Below, one piece after another: positions 10,188-20,126 of a DNA stretch of 64,000 bases. A program made the translations under genes and the position numbers. The stretch's first letter is position 1. The number at the start of each line of letters is the position of its first letter. Under the pieces are notes generated by a model, which saw only the letters and a program-made list of their open reading frames with translations, searched no databases and was not told the origin of the DNA. The stretch spans positions 4,704,001 through 4,768,000 of the forward strand of contig OZ242358.1 of assembly GCA_965208835.1 (NCBI GenBank), written 5' to 3'. This stretch comes from Candidatus Latescibacterota bacterium (GTDB taxonomy: Bacteria; Latescibacterota; UBA2968; GCA-2709665).

Positions 10188-10249
10188 ACCGGACGCGCGG
10201 TACAACAGCCACATGACAGATCACGCCGGACATTGAGGAGACCACCAGA

Positions 10250-11518
10250 ATGAAAGAGAACGAACGAGTCGGCGCAGGCGTTGGCAAAAACACCTATATA
10301 CCCAGCGACGGGCTTCACGCGTTCTACGCCAGCGGCCAGACGTACACGGGTGCGACCGGTGAGAGAATGGTCGAAACCGTGACGTCCGAGCTCCTCCAGT
10401 GGGTGAATCACGACGACGGACGCACAACGCTGGATGCCTGCTACGACGGCAACTGGGTGAGGGTGTCGGACGACAACGGATCGCAGTGGGCGGAATTGGG
10501 ACCGCGGGTACGCTTCGACGTCGGAATCGCCGAAGAACAGTTGATGCCGGCGGGATTCAGCCTGGATACGAAGAACGACGTGCTGGTGAGGTTTTTCAGG
10601 GGGCAAAGGGCAGACAAGCGATGCTACGGTTACATCAATCAGGGCGCTTACCGCGCATTCTACAGCATATCCGCAGACCAGGGAACGACCTGGAGCGATC
10701 CCGTCCAGATTGTCGCCCGGGGGGACGGTTTCGACGCGGACCGCTGGGGCCCCGGCTTCGAGTATGGCGTTCGCGGCGGAATCCTCAACGGAACCCACTG
10801 CATCTGGATGGCGGACGGGTCGGTGCTTGCGCCCTTCACGGAGTACGAACGACTGGACGGTACCAGACCCTGGTGCTTCAGGGTGGTCTGCGCAAGGGGA
10901 CACTGGAATGAAGACCGGAGCGGATTTGACTGGGAATTCGGGGATTTTATCGAAGTACCGCCCGGGAAATCCAGAATTGGATGCTGCGAACCATCGATCG
11001 CAGCGCTGGAATCGGGCGCGCTGTTCGCCACCATGAGATGCCAGGGCAACGAGGCGACCGGCAGCTATACCATCCCCTACTCCGCCGTTTCAGAAGACGG
11101 CGGGATGAGCTGGTCGCAGCCGGAACCACTGGTCTACGACGACGGGTCGAACGTCTGGACGCCCGCCTCCTGTACGGCCTTTTATAATTCCTCCGTTATC
11201 GGCAAGACCTACTGGATCGCCAATATCCTGGATGGCCCGGTTTATGGACAGATCCCTCGATATCCGCTGCAGATCGCCGAATTCGACACGGGTAACGCGT
11301 GTATCGTGAAGGACTCGGTCCGGCTGATTCAGGACCGACCCGACGACGCGCACGAAAACGTGAGATATACCAACTTCGGGTGGTACGAAGACAGAAGGAC
11401 CGGTCAACTGATCATTACGCTTCCGGAGCAGTATCGCCGCATGGGCTGGGCCGACATGGAAAAGCCGGAGGACTTCGCGGCGGATTGCGTCAGATATACG
11501 GTGGACATGGACGAATAG
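10250..11518 (+). CDS. Sialidase-like Asp-box (BNR) beta-propeller protein
   Basis: Asp boxes SDDNGSQW, SADQGTTW, SEDGGMSW; RBS GAGGAG. Confidence 0.75.
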   Translation: MKENERVGAGVGKNTYIPSDGLHAFYASGQTYTGATGERMVETVTSELLQWVNHDDGRTTLDACYDGNWVRVSDDNGSQWAELGPRVRFDVGIAEEQLMPAGFSLDTKNDVLVRFFRGQRADKRCYGYINQGAYRAFYSISADQGTTWSDPVQIVARGDGFDADRWGPGFEYGVRGGILNGTHCIWMADGSVLAPFTEYERLDGTRPWCFRVVCARGHWNEDRSGFDWEFGDFIEVPPGKSRIGCCEPSIAALESGALFATMRCQGNEATGSYTIPYSAVSEDGGMSWSQPEPLVYDDGSNVWTPASCTAFYNSSVIGKTYWIANILDGPVYGQIPRYPLQIAEFDTGNACIVKDSVRLIQDRPDDAHENVRYTNFGWYEDRRTGQLIITLPEQYRRMGWADMEKPEDFAADCVRYTVDMDE

Positions 11519-11565
11519 ACGTTTACTTACAGGGAAAGTGTGGCACGCAACCGTTTGTCGAAACA

Positions 11566-13257
11566 TTATTCCACGTATCCGGAGATGAGATCCACAGTGG
11601 CCTCATCTCCTTTTTTCTGCGCCCAGGCGAGGGGTGTGGCCCATTCGGCTCCGGACAGTATGGGGTCGGCCCCACTTTCCAGGTACAATCGGGCCAGTTC
11701 GTGCTTGCCCCATCTGACCGCCCAACCGAGCGGTGTGGACTGAAGAAGCTCGTCGATGACGTTCAGGTCGGCGCCGTGGTCAAGCAGGATGGTTGCAAAT
11801 GTTATGCGTTCGGGTTCGGTCATAATCGGTTCGCCCCAGACGATCCCGCAGGCCGCCAGATGGTGAGCGAGCCGATACCCGAAACGACCCACAAGATTGG
11901 GGCTGACGCCGTGGGCCAGAATCATCCGGAAGATCTCGGGATAGACCGTTCGGTCGAAGTCGCGGAACTTGCGGTGGGGGTTGGTCCGCCACAGGCGCAG
12001 CGGCTGCTCCAGCAGGCCGAACCACCGCCCGTCGTCCGGTTTCCAGTCGAGTTTCCTCAGGCACATCCCCACGATATCCGGGTCGCCGCCGCATCCGGCC
12101 GCCCAGAGCAGCTTTTCCGCTATCGACGGGTCGTTGTGGAGGGCGACCGCGCCGGCGGCGGTTTCAGCCTCGAGTCCAATGGTAATGTGATCCAGAACGC
12201 CTCCGTATCGGAACAACAGTCCCTTCATCCGATCGTCGCGGTTGTTGTACGCCGCACCCACGGGATTGGCGCTGGCATAGATGCTGGCGTTGGGGTCGGC
12301 GCCCCGCTCGAGCAGGAGTTCGGCGATTTCATGTCGGGAGTTACCTGACGCATCGGACAGGGGCCCACCCCACGAATACGGCTTGGATTCGTAGTGGTGC
12401 AGCTGATGCCGGTCGTCCGGGTGCAGACCGAGGTCCAACAGCAGGCGCACCATGTCGATATTGTCATTCTGGACGGCGATCGTCAGAAGCCCGTTGCGCT
12501 CACTGTCGTTCGCCTGAAAGCGTTCGGGATGCGTCTTCGCGAACGTACGGACAAACTCGAAATCCCCCAGGGCAACGGCGGATTCGATGGATTGCTCGCA
12601 TCCCGCCTGGAGCAGAATTCCCGTGCAGATCAGACACCCTTCGTTGAGCGGCCTGTTGCGGCCGCGAATGTTGTGTACGGCCCCGTCCAGGGGCGACTGT
12701 CCCTCCGGCGTGAGATGGGTGATATCGGCGCCACGTTTAAGCAACTCGCGAACGAGCCTGTAACGGCCGTGCGATGCCGCGGCGTGAATGACGCTGCCGC
12801 CATTGCGATGACAGGCATCCAGCAGTTCGGGCTGCCCATCCAGGACGTCGAGCGCGGCCTCGTCCCTCCCCTCACTGACGGCCTCGAAGAGTGCGTCGTT
12901 CTCGTCGGTGATGGTGATATTCTTGCAGGCAGCCAGCTTGCGTCTTTCGTCTTCTTCCCTGATCACGTGGACGATGTCGTCCAGGCCGCGTTCCCGGGCC
13001 ATGGTATACGCGCCGGTGGCATCGCGGTGGGGATAGATGCCCGAGTTGTGGTCCGCGCCCGCTTCCATAAGAACGCGGACCGCATCGATGTGCCGGTTCA
13101 TCACCGCGTAATGAATCGCGCGGTGTTCGTTGTTCTCCGCCATGTGTACGTTTACCAGGTCGGGCTGTTCGCCAAGTATCTGTTCAATCCTCGAGACGTC
13201 GCCGCTGGCTGCCGCCTCGCAGAGATCGGCGACCCTGAACGATCCGTTGTTGGCCAT
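11566..13257 (-). CDS. Ankyrin repeat protein
   Basis: Repeated ankyrin motifs (AIHYAV...LMEAGAD, IHAAA...LLKRGAD, LLERGADPN, TPLGWAV...GADP); RBS GGAGG. Confidence 0.88.
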   Translation of the reverse strand: MANNGSFRVADLCEAAASGDVSRIEQILGEQPDLVNVHMAENNEHRAIHYAVMNRHIDAVRVLMEAGADHNSGIYPHRDATGAYTMARERGLDDIVHVIREEDERRKLAACKNITITDENDALFEAVSEGRDEAALDVLDGQPELLDACHRNGGSVIHAAASHGRYRLVRELLKRGADITHLTPEGQSPLDGAVHNIRGRNRPLNEGCLICTGILLQAGCEQSIESAVALGDFEFVRTFAKTHPERFQANDSERNGLLTIAVQNDNIDMVRLLLDLGLHPDDRHQLHHYESKPYSWGGPLSDASGNSRHEIAELLLERGADPNASIYASANPVGAAYNNRDDRMKGLLFRYGGVLDHITIGLEAETAAGAVALHNDPSIAEKLLWAAGCGGDPDIVGMCLRKLDWKPDDGRWFGLLEQPLRLWRTNPHRKFRDFDRTVYPEIFRMILAHGVSPNLVGRFGYRLAHHLAACGIVWGEPIMTEPERITFATILLDHGADLNVIDELLQSTPLGWAVRWGKHELARLYLESGADPILSGAEWATPLAWAQKKGDEATVDLISGYVE

Positions 13258-13300
13258 TGCTGTTCCTCCATCTATCCTTGATTCGTCACTTTTCGGGGCT

Positions 13301-13434
13301 CTACGAAACTACGAAAGAGCGAAATTACGAGAAGACGAAACTACGAATTTACGAAAAAGCGGGAATAAATCATCCGTCTACTGGGCTTCTCGTTTATTCG
13401 TCTATTCGTATTCTCGTATTCTCGCCTTTTCGTC
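13301..13434. repeat. Inverted pair of degenerate 8-bp tandem arrays (NNACGAAA ... TTTCGTNN)
   Basis: ctacgaaa ctacgaaa gagcgaaa ttacgaga agacgaaa ctacgaat ttacgaaa, then tattcgtc tattcgta ttctcgta ttctcgcc ttttcgtc. Confidence 0.85.
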
Positions 13435-13435
13435 C

Positions 13436-13993
13436 TCACATTCCGTATTCGAAAGTAAGTTCCCTCTTCACGTCCGTTTTCCCGACGCTCTCCCTTAAAT
13501 CCTCCATCATTTCCAGCCATCTGTGTTCCCTGAATTTGCCGAAGTCAAGGACGAGTCCGGGAAGGGCCCTGCTCTCGACGAGGCCGGCCGGCTCCTGGCC
13601 GAGGACTTCAAACTTGCCTCCCCGAAGCTGGTACCACGTCGCCGGTTTACCGTTTTCCAGGAACAATGCCTCCTGGACTCCCGACGCCTCATAGATCTGA
13701 CGTTTCTTGCCCAGGTCCGTGAATCCGTGCTTGGACTCGATCTCCAGTACGAAGTTCGGCGGCCCTTCGTAGACCTGGTGATCGTGGTTTTTTCTGCAGA
13801 TCTGCCTGGGGCCGTTTCTCCGTACGATCACGCCCACGTTCGGATAGACCATACAGTCCGATTTGCCGCCATAGCTGAGTCGCACCGGCGGGAAGAGAAC
13901 GACGTCCATCCCACCGGCTAACATGCGATAGTAGTTGATCACGGTAAGGATGTCGGCGTGATGTCGCGACACATTCGCATCAGGTACCCACAT
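13436..13993 (-). CDS. Uma2 (DUF820) family endonuclease-like protein
   Basis: EGPPNFVLEIES, DLGKKRQIYEASGVQE, IES/VESRALPGL motifs; RBS AAGGAG. Confidence 0.75.
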   Translation of the reverse strand: MWVPDANVSRHHADILTVINYYRMLAGGMDVVLFPPVRLSYGGKSDCMVYPNVGVIVRRNGPRQICRKNHDHQVYEGPPNFVLEIESKHGFTDLGKKRQIYEASGVQEALFLENGKPATWYQLRGGKFEVLGQEPAGLVESRALPGLVLDFGKFREHRWLEMMEDLRESVGKTDVKRELTFEYGM

Positions 13994-14068
13994 GACTATG
14001 CTCCTTCCACGTCAATTCCGTAAGTGGTCATCCCGTTCCCTATGCGTTCTTTAGCTGGCCGTGCGTCT

Positions 14069-16462
14069 TCATTCGTGGCGCAAAGCTTCTATGGGATTGG
14101 CGCTTGAGGCTCTGAAGCACTGGAATCCGACAACCAGCAGCGTGCCAAGAACAGATCCCAATGCCGTGACAAGAAAGGGGAACAGGCCCATGTTTGCGCG
14201 ATAGGCGAAATCCTGCAGCCAGTCCTGCATAATGACATAAGCGAAGGGCCATGCGATGAGATTGGCGATAAGCACCAGTTTTGTGAACTCGGCGCCCAGC
14301 AGGATCGCGATTTTGCCGATGGATGCGCCGAAGACTTTGCGGATGCCAATCTCTTTGCGGCGGCGCTCGCACGTGTGGGCTGCGAGGCCAAGCAGGCCGA
14401 TAGAGGCGATGAGAAAAGAGACTCCGAATCCAACGGCGAATATGCGCTGGAAGCGCAGGTATTTTTCGTAATTGATCTCCAGCCGGTCGTCGAGAAACGC
14501 ATACATGAACGGACGAACCGGGATATAGGTCTTCCAGATTTCCTCGAGGCCCTGCATGGTTTCACGAATGTTTCCGGCGGCGAGTCGCAGGTTGACCACG
14601 CGAAAGGAACGCGGGCGCAAGACAAAGGCATTGGCGTGGAGTCTTTCGGTCAGCCGACGCATGTGAAAGTCCTCTACAACGCCGATGATCCAGCCCTCAT
14701 TATTGTGAAGTTTAAACGGTTTTCCGACCGGATTTTCAAGTCCGAGTTTCTCCACGGCTGTCTCGTTGAGAACATATGCACTTTCAAAATCACTCTTGAT
14801 GTCAACGGAAAAATTGCGCCCCGCAACGAGATTGACGCCGATCATGCCGAATTGATCTTCGTCAATGGCGTATTGCCGTATCTCGAAAACAGCGCCCGAT
14901 GGATCCAGCACCATTTCCCTTCTGCTGGTCCAGCCTTCGCCCGGAAGGCTGGCGGATGCGGTTGCCGCGAGCACATCGGGGTGTTCGAGAAAGCGCTGTT
15001 TCACTTCGTTGTAAGTATTCCTCAGCGACCCGTCGACGTCGAAGATACGGAGCGCCAGGATGTTTTCTTTGTTGAACCCCAGATCTTTCTTCAGGACATG
15101 GTCGAGTTGGACAAAGGCGACAAGCGCGACGTAAACGAGAAAAACGGAGACGGCAAACTGAAAGATCATGAAAACCCTGCGTGCTAATGATCCGCCGGAC
15201 CCCGTGGCGGTTTGGCTGTGCAATGCGGCAATGGGGGAGACTCGGCTGAGAAGAAAGGCTGGATAGACGCCCGAAAACAGACCGACCAGAACCGTTGCGG
15301 CCACGAGTACAACCGCCATTTGCGGCTCCAAAAATGCAGAGAGCGTATCCGTTTGCCCCACGATATGTTGCCAGTAAGGCCCGGTCATGCCCGTGAGAAC
15401 AAGGGACAGGGGCAGTGCGAGAATGGTAAGCAGGACGGACTCGAGGAGGAACTGGAATGCCAACTGCCGCTGACCTGCACCAACGACCTTTCGCATACCC
15501 ACTTCCTTAGACCGAAGGGCCGCGCGCGCGGTGGAGAGATTGACGAAGTTGATACAGGCGACGAACAAGACGAGCATGCCAATGGACGCGAGGGAGCGAA
15601 CCGCCTTGAGATCGCCGGCGCCAATGCCGGTGCCCGGACCACTGATGCCTTCTGGAAAATCTTCCCGACCATAGAGACGCGTACGCAAGAGCGATTGAAG
15701 GCGATGGCTGGTTGTGTTTTCCGGGTTTTCTTCGGGTATCGCCAGCGCTCGCAATTTCTGTTCGGTTCGTTCCGGGTCGGCATCCTTGCGCAGACGGACA
15801 AAGGTCTGTACCCACCGAAATGACGTGCGGAGTTCCCAATTGGACCAGGCATCGCGGACGCCTGCCGGCAGGGTTGCAGTTACAAAGTGGGGATTGAAAT
15901 GCGTGTTGCGCGGCTGCTCTTCTATAATTCCAGTGACGATGTAATCGCCCCACTGGCCTTCGAGTACCCTGCCCATGGGGTCTTCCCCGGTCGGGAAGAA
16001 TTCGGCGACCGCCTCTTGCGAAAGGACTACGCCGCCCGGTTGCTTTAGCGCTTTGTGGAGATCGCCGCGCTTTAGTCTGATCCCCCAGAATGCGAGATAG
16101 TTGGGATCGGTATACCAGAACGCGCGGCGCTGTGCAAACTGTCGATATCCCACCCAACGATGGCCCGGACGGATGCGGTTGGCAGATTCGATTTCGGCGA
16201 TGGATCCGATCAATTCGGGGGTGAGGGCAGCGTGAGCCTCGATCTGGTAATCCATTTTGTAGGGGGTGGTCAGTTGCCGCAATACCCGATACGTGCGTTC
16301 GGCCCCGGGGCGAAACGCGTCGAAGCCGGTTTCGTGGGCGACGTAGAGCCAAGTCAGGAGCATGCACGCGAGACCAACGCTCAGGCCGAGGAGATTGGCC
16401 AAAGCATACAAGCGATGGCGAATGACGTGCCGGACGGCGACTGTGAAAACGTTGCGTAGAAT
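14069..16462 (-). CDS. MacB/FtsX-type ABC transporter permease (probable ATT start at 16462; first canonical TTG at 16411)
   Basis: ACINFVNLSTARA..RSKEVGMRKVVGA, KDLGFNKE, RRKEIGIRKVFGAS, ANPIEALRHE; family-like N-terminus ILRNVFTVAVRHVIRHRLY lies upstream of TTG. Confidence 0.88.
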   Translation of the reverse strand: MLRNVFTVAVRHVIRHRLYALANLLGLSVGLACMLLTWLYVAHETGFDAFRPGAERTYRVLRQLTTPYKMDYQIEAHAALTPELIGSIAEIESANRIRPGHRWVGYRQFAQRRAFWYTDPNYLAFWGIRLKRGDLHKALKQPGGVVLSQEAVAEFFPTGEDPMGRVLEGQWGDYIVTGIIEEQPRNTHFNPHFVTATLPAGVRDAWSNWELRTSFRWVQTFVRLRKDADPERTEQKLRALAIPEENPENTTSHRLQSLLRTRLYGREDFPEGISGPGTGIGAGDLKAVRSLASIGMLVLFVACINFVNLSTARAALRSKEVGMRKVVGAGQRQLAFQFLLESVLLTILALPLSLVLTGMTGPYWQHIVGQTDTLSAFLEPQMAVVLVAATVLVGLFSGVYPAFLLSRVSPIAALHSQTATGSGGSLARRVFMIFQFAVSVFLVYVALVAFVQLDHVLKKDLGFNKENILALRIFDVDGSLRNTYNEVKQRFLEHPDVLAATASASLPGEGWTSRREMVLDPSGAVFEIRQYAIDEDQFGMIGVNLVAGRNFSVDIKSDFESAYVLNETAVEKLGLENPVGKPFKLHNNEGWIIGVVEDFHMRRLTERLHANAFVLRPRSFRVVNLRLAAGNIRETMQGLEEIWKTYIPVRPFMYAFLDDRLEINYEKYLRFQRIFAVGFGVSFLIASIGLLGLAAHTCERRRKEIGIRKVFGASIGKIAILLGAEFTKLVLIANLIAWPFAYVIMQDWLQDFAYRANMGLFPFLVTALGSVLGTLLVVGFQCFRASSANPIEALRHE

Positions 16463-16465
16463 GTC

Positions 16466-18841
16466 TTATTCCCGACTCAAGACATCGACGGGGTTGGTAC
16501 GGGCCGCCGTTCTGGCAAGATGAACAACAGTTCCGACGGCGATAAGGAGCGTGACCGCCACACTGAGAAGGAACGGCCAGACGGTGAGGTCGATCCGGAA
16601 TGCAAAGTTCCGCAGCCAGTTCTGCGTCAACAGAAGGGCAAACGGACACGCAGCCGCCCCGGCCAGGAGTGCGAGCATCGGAAATTCCCGGGCAACCCGC
16701 AACAGGAGATGACCCTCGGACGCCCCCATCACTTTGCGAATCGCAATCTCACGGGTGCGTCGCTCGGCCGCGAATGCCGCGAGCCCCATGGTACCCAGGC
16801 AGGCCAGAAGGACGGCAACAATGGCGGACCGGACGACCAGCGCCCCCTGCCGGGACTCATGGCTGTATTTCGAATCGACGTAGTCGTCGATGTAGAAGCT
16901 GTCGAATGGAACGGTGGGGACAAGCTGAGCCCAGATCCGCATTATGTCCGATAGCGTTTCCTGCTCGCGATCCTCCCTGATCTTCAGATGCAGATATTTC
17001 AGATTCGATCCCGCTGCCGATATCACCAGGGGGACCATGGGCTCTCTCAGCGAGCGTACGTGAAAGTCACGGGTCACCCCGACGACCTGCGCGGGTCGCC
17101 CATGCAGCAGTAGCGCCTGTCCGACGGGCCGGGTCCAGCCCAGTCGTTTCGCGGCTGTTTCGTTAATCAGTACCTCGGTTACGTCGTCCCAATCGGTTGT
17201 CCGTTCGGCGTAAGCCTGCGAGAAATTCCGTCCCGCCAGTAACGGAATATCATAGCAATCGAAAAATGCTTCATTGGCCCGAAACACCCGGGCTTCAAAC
17301 TCGCGGTTCGGCGAATCGACTGGAGATACGAATCGCCGTTTGGGCCAGCTGTGCCCCGGCAGATCCAGGCTCGCCGCGGCCGCTATGATATCCGGATGGT
17401 CCGCAAACCGCTGTTTGACTGTATTGTAGCGGCTGTTCAGCGGGAGCCGCTCGGCATCGGGTCCGAAGATCTTGACGACCAGGACCCCTTTCCGGCTGAA
17501 TCCCAGGTCCCTCGTCCGCACCAGGTCCATCTGCTGATAGACGACGAGCGTGGTCGCAATGAGGACAGTGGATGCCGCGAACTGCAGAATCACCAGGGCC
17601 CGGCGAACCCAGAGGTCCCTCGGGAGTCCGCCGCGCAGGCCCCTCAATATAGCCACCGGCTGCTGGGCGGACAGATAGAGACCGGGGTAGATTCCGGATA
17701 CAAGGCCGGTAATTATGGTAACGACGAGAATCCAGTGAATCTGTTCGACGACGTTGAAGACAAGCGGCTTGCCCATCAGAGTCGCATACTGCGGCAGGAG
17801 CGCCTGCGTCAACCCGATGGATACCGGCAGCGCGGCAATGGTAAACAGAAGGGACTCACACAGGAATTGGCCGACCACGTATCGGCGGTGTGCGCCGGAG
17901 ACCTTGCGAAGGGCGGTCTCGCGGGCGCGAAGGGCCGACCGCGCGGTGGCCAGATTCATGAAGTTGATACACGCGATGATCAGAATGCCGAGACCGAGGA
18001 CCGATAACGGATAGAGATTGCGAACGTCGCCGTACAACATCCCCGAATCACCCTTGAAGCCCTCCAGGTCAATCCTGGAATAAAGGTGAATGCGCGGCAT
18101 GGGTTGGAGCCGGTACGTCGCGCGGCCGGATGCCGTGGGAAACCGGGCGGAAAGCGCCCGCTCGACCGCCGCCGGGTCCGCGCCCGGTTGCAGACGGATA
18201 AAGACAGGCGCCGCCCGGATCGCCCAGTTGCCCGAAGCAAAGCGCGTGACGCTGTCGAACTCAAAGCGCGTATTGGTGGGAAGATCTTCCATTACCGCGA
18301 TGACATTGAACGCCTGAACATGGGTCTCGCGCTGAACTTCCACTGTCCTTCCCACGGGCTCCGCGTCCCCGAAGAGCTTTTCGGCAAGGCTCCGCGTCAG
18401 CAAGATAGACGCGTCCTCCCGCGAAAGCGAGGCGGCGTCTCCGCGAATGACGTCGAGCCCGAAAAAGCCCAGGGCGTCGCCTTCGACGGGACAGAGCCGC
18501 TGGCGAAATATCCGGCCTTCCGCGCGAAACCAGGAGCTGATCTGGCGGTATTGGACCACATCCTCCACCTGGGGATGGTCATTGCGCAAACTCGCGGCGA
18601 CCTTTGCCGGCAGCGCGCTCTGCCACCGGATGCGTCCGCGCTCGTCGATGTTCTTCCTCATGACTCGGTAGACGCGGTCTGCATGAGGACGAAATGCGTC
18701 ATAGCTCATCTCGTAGCGGATAAACAGCATGATGAGCATGGCACAGGTCAATCCGATCACCAGGCTGGCAACGCTGATCGCGGTGTAGGTCTTGTTCCGG
18801 ACCGCGTTGCGAATCGCGACTGTAAGAATGCTGTGAAGAAT
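16466..18841 (-). CDS. MacB/FtsX-type ABC transporter permease (probable ATT start at 18841; first canonical GTG at 18760)
   Basis: ACINFMNLATARS, RDLGFSRK, RTREIAIRKVMGAS, TNPVDVLSRE; N-terminus ILHSILTVAIRNAVRNKTYTAI upstream of GTG. Confidence 0.88.
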   Translation of the reverse strand: MLHSILTVAIRNAVRNKTYTAISVASLVIGLTCAMLIMLFIRYEMSYDAFRPHADRVYRVMRKNIDERGRIRWQSALPAKVAASLRNDHPQVEDVVQYRQISSWFRAEGRIFRQRLCPVEGDALGFFGLDVIRGDAASLSREDASILLTRSLAEKLFGDAEPVGRTVEVQRETHVQAFNVIAVMEDLPTNTRFEFDSVTRFASGNWAIRAAPVFIRLQPGADPAAVERALSARFPTASGRATYRLQPMPRIHLYSRIDLEGFKGDSGMLYGDVRNLYPLSVLGLGILIIACINFMNLATARSALRARETALRKVSGAHRRYVVGQFLCESLLFTIAALPVSIGLTQALLPQYATLMGKPLVFNVVEQIHWILVVTIITGLVSGIYPGLYLSAQQPVAILRGLRGGLPRDLWVRRALVILQFAASTVLIATTLVVYQQMDLVRTRDLGFSRKGVLVVKIFGPDAERLPLNSRYNTVKQRFADHPDIIAAAASLDLPGHSWPKRRFVSPVDSPNREFEARVFRANEAFFDCYDIPLLAGRNFSQAYAERTTDWDDVTEVLINETAAKRLGWTRPVGQALLLHGRPAQVVGVTRDFHVRSLREPMVPLVISAAGSNLKYLHLKIREDREQETLSDIMRIWAQLVPTVPFDSFYIDDYVDSKYSHESRQGALVVRSAIVAVLLACLGTMGLAAFAAERRTREIAIRKVMGASEGHLLLRVAREFPMLALLAGAAACPFALLLTQNWLRNFAFRIDLTVWPFLLSVAVTLLIAVGTVVHLARTAARTNPVDVLSRE

Positions 18842-18889
18842 CCTGGAACCTCGTGGTCTGTCTCCCAGACAGGTCGCCTGGTCAGAACA

Positions 18890-19318
18890 CTAATGTCGTG
18901 CGTTCAGCGCCCGTTCGCGGAGTTCCTCCGCGGTCAGATTCTCCACGCGCGTGGCAATCCACCAGGTGATGCCCTGGCTGTCCTTCACGCCGGCGTTCCG
19001 GTCCCCATAGAACTGGTCCGCGGGCTCCATCAGGGATTCCGCACCGGCATCGAGCGCGGATGCGTAGGACGCATCGGTATCTTCGACGTACATATAAAGC
19101 GCGGCCGGCAGGGGCGGATACCCCTCCTGTGCTGCGCCCATCATGACAACAGAATCCCCAATTCGGACCTCGGCATGCCTGGTGGCTCCGTCCGGGCCGG
19201 GAACGCGTTCGGTCTCTTCAGCCCCGAATGCGGCCTTCAGGAAAGAAATGAGCGCTTCAATATCCTCAACGACGAGATAAGGGGTGATCGTATGGAATCC
19301 AGCAGGTGCAGGTGACAT
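18890..19318 (-). CDS. VOC/glyoxalase (PhnB-like) family protein
   Basis: GFHTITPYL, HAEVRIGDSVVM, DQFYGDRNAGVKD..G..WWIAT; RBS AGGAGG. Confidence 0.88.
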   Translation of the reverse strand: MSPAPAGFHTITPYLVVEDIEALISFLKAAFGAEETERVPGPDGATRHAEVRIGDSVVMMGAAQEGYPPLPAALYMYVEDTDASYASALDAGAESLMEPADQFYGDRNAGVKDSQGITWWIATRVENLTAEELRERALNARH

Positions 19319-19337
19319 GGTTTACCTCCTTTCCAAT

Positions 19338-20126
19338 CTATGATTCCCAAACATAGACCTTCTTGTAGTAGGCGATCTCGAATCCGTTGCGCTGGAGATT
19401 GCCCAACGAAGTCTTCAGCCTGGCAAGCGTTTCACTGCAGGCCGCCCGGCATCCCAGTTCCGCGGCGCGATTCAGGCGCGCCCTGATCAACGCGTTCTGC
19501 CCGCCCTTCTTCCTGTGGTCCTCGGCCGTACCCGCCCAACCGAGATACGCAAAGTCGCCTTCGTACGCGAGTATGGCTGCGCTGACGGGCGCGCCGGCCT
19601 CGTACGCCATGAAGTGCTCGAATCCGGTCTTTTCGACGCTCTCGAAGAAGAATGAACTTGGCCAGGGATCGAAAATGCGCAGAATCGCATCCTTCCGGCT
19701 CTGTACCTCAGCCCGGGATACGCGGCGCACGTCAAGTGGGGTCTTGAAAGGCGCCAGGGGTTCCACGGAACGAATCAGCGTCGGATACGTGGACCCCTTG
19801 AATGGTTTGAGGCCGCTGCCCCGCAGCCACCCGCTGATTTCCTCTATCTGGGGATTCGGGCTCAGCCAGAAGAAAAACCGCTGAATCTCCGATTTTCTGA
19901 ACAGATCCAGGACGTTCAGGAAGTCGTTGTGGGAAACCTTCGTCCGGCATCCGAAGAAAAACACGCCGTTCCGATTCGCCGATGGATACGGCGATGCAGC
20001 GGAAGGAGGATCCAGTGTGACGACGGCGGTTTCGGAAGGCACCTGAATGCTCGAATCGAGCGGAGCGCAGTCGAGTTGCCTATGCCTGATCGCGATTAGT
20101 CGCCGCGCAATCTCATCCGGTTTCAT
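19338..20126 (-). CDS. GNAT family N-acetyltransferase
   Basis: [22 protein letters not shown] acetyl-CoA motif, S..NLQRNGF; ATGA overlap with uvrA stop. Confidence 0.75.
   Translation of the reverse strand: MKPDEIARRLIAIRHRQLDCAPLDSSIQVPSETAVVTLDPPSAASPYPSANRNGVFFFGCRTKVSHNDFLNVLDLFRKSEIQRFFFWLSPNPQIEEISGWLRGSGLKPFKGSTYPTLIRSVEPLAPFKTPLDVRRVSRAEVQSRKDAILRIFDPWPSSFFFESVEKTGFEHFMAYEAGAPVSAAILAYEGDFAYLGWAGTAEDHRKKGGQNALIRARLNRAAELGCRAACSETLARLKTSLGNLQRNGFEIAYYKKVYVWES

Noticed and set aside
15507-16649. 380-aa minus-strand ORF
   Set aside because: Out-of-frame shadow over the permease genes
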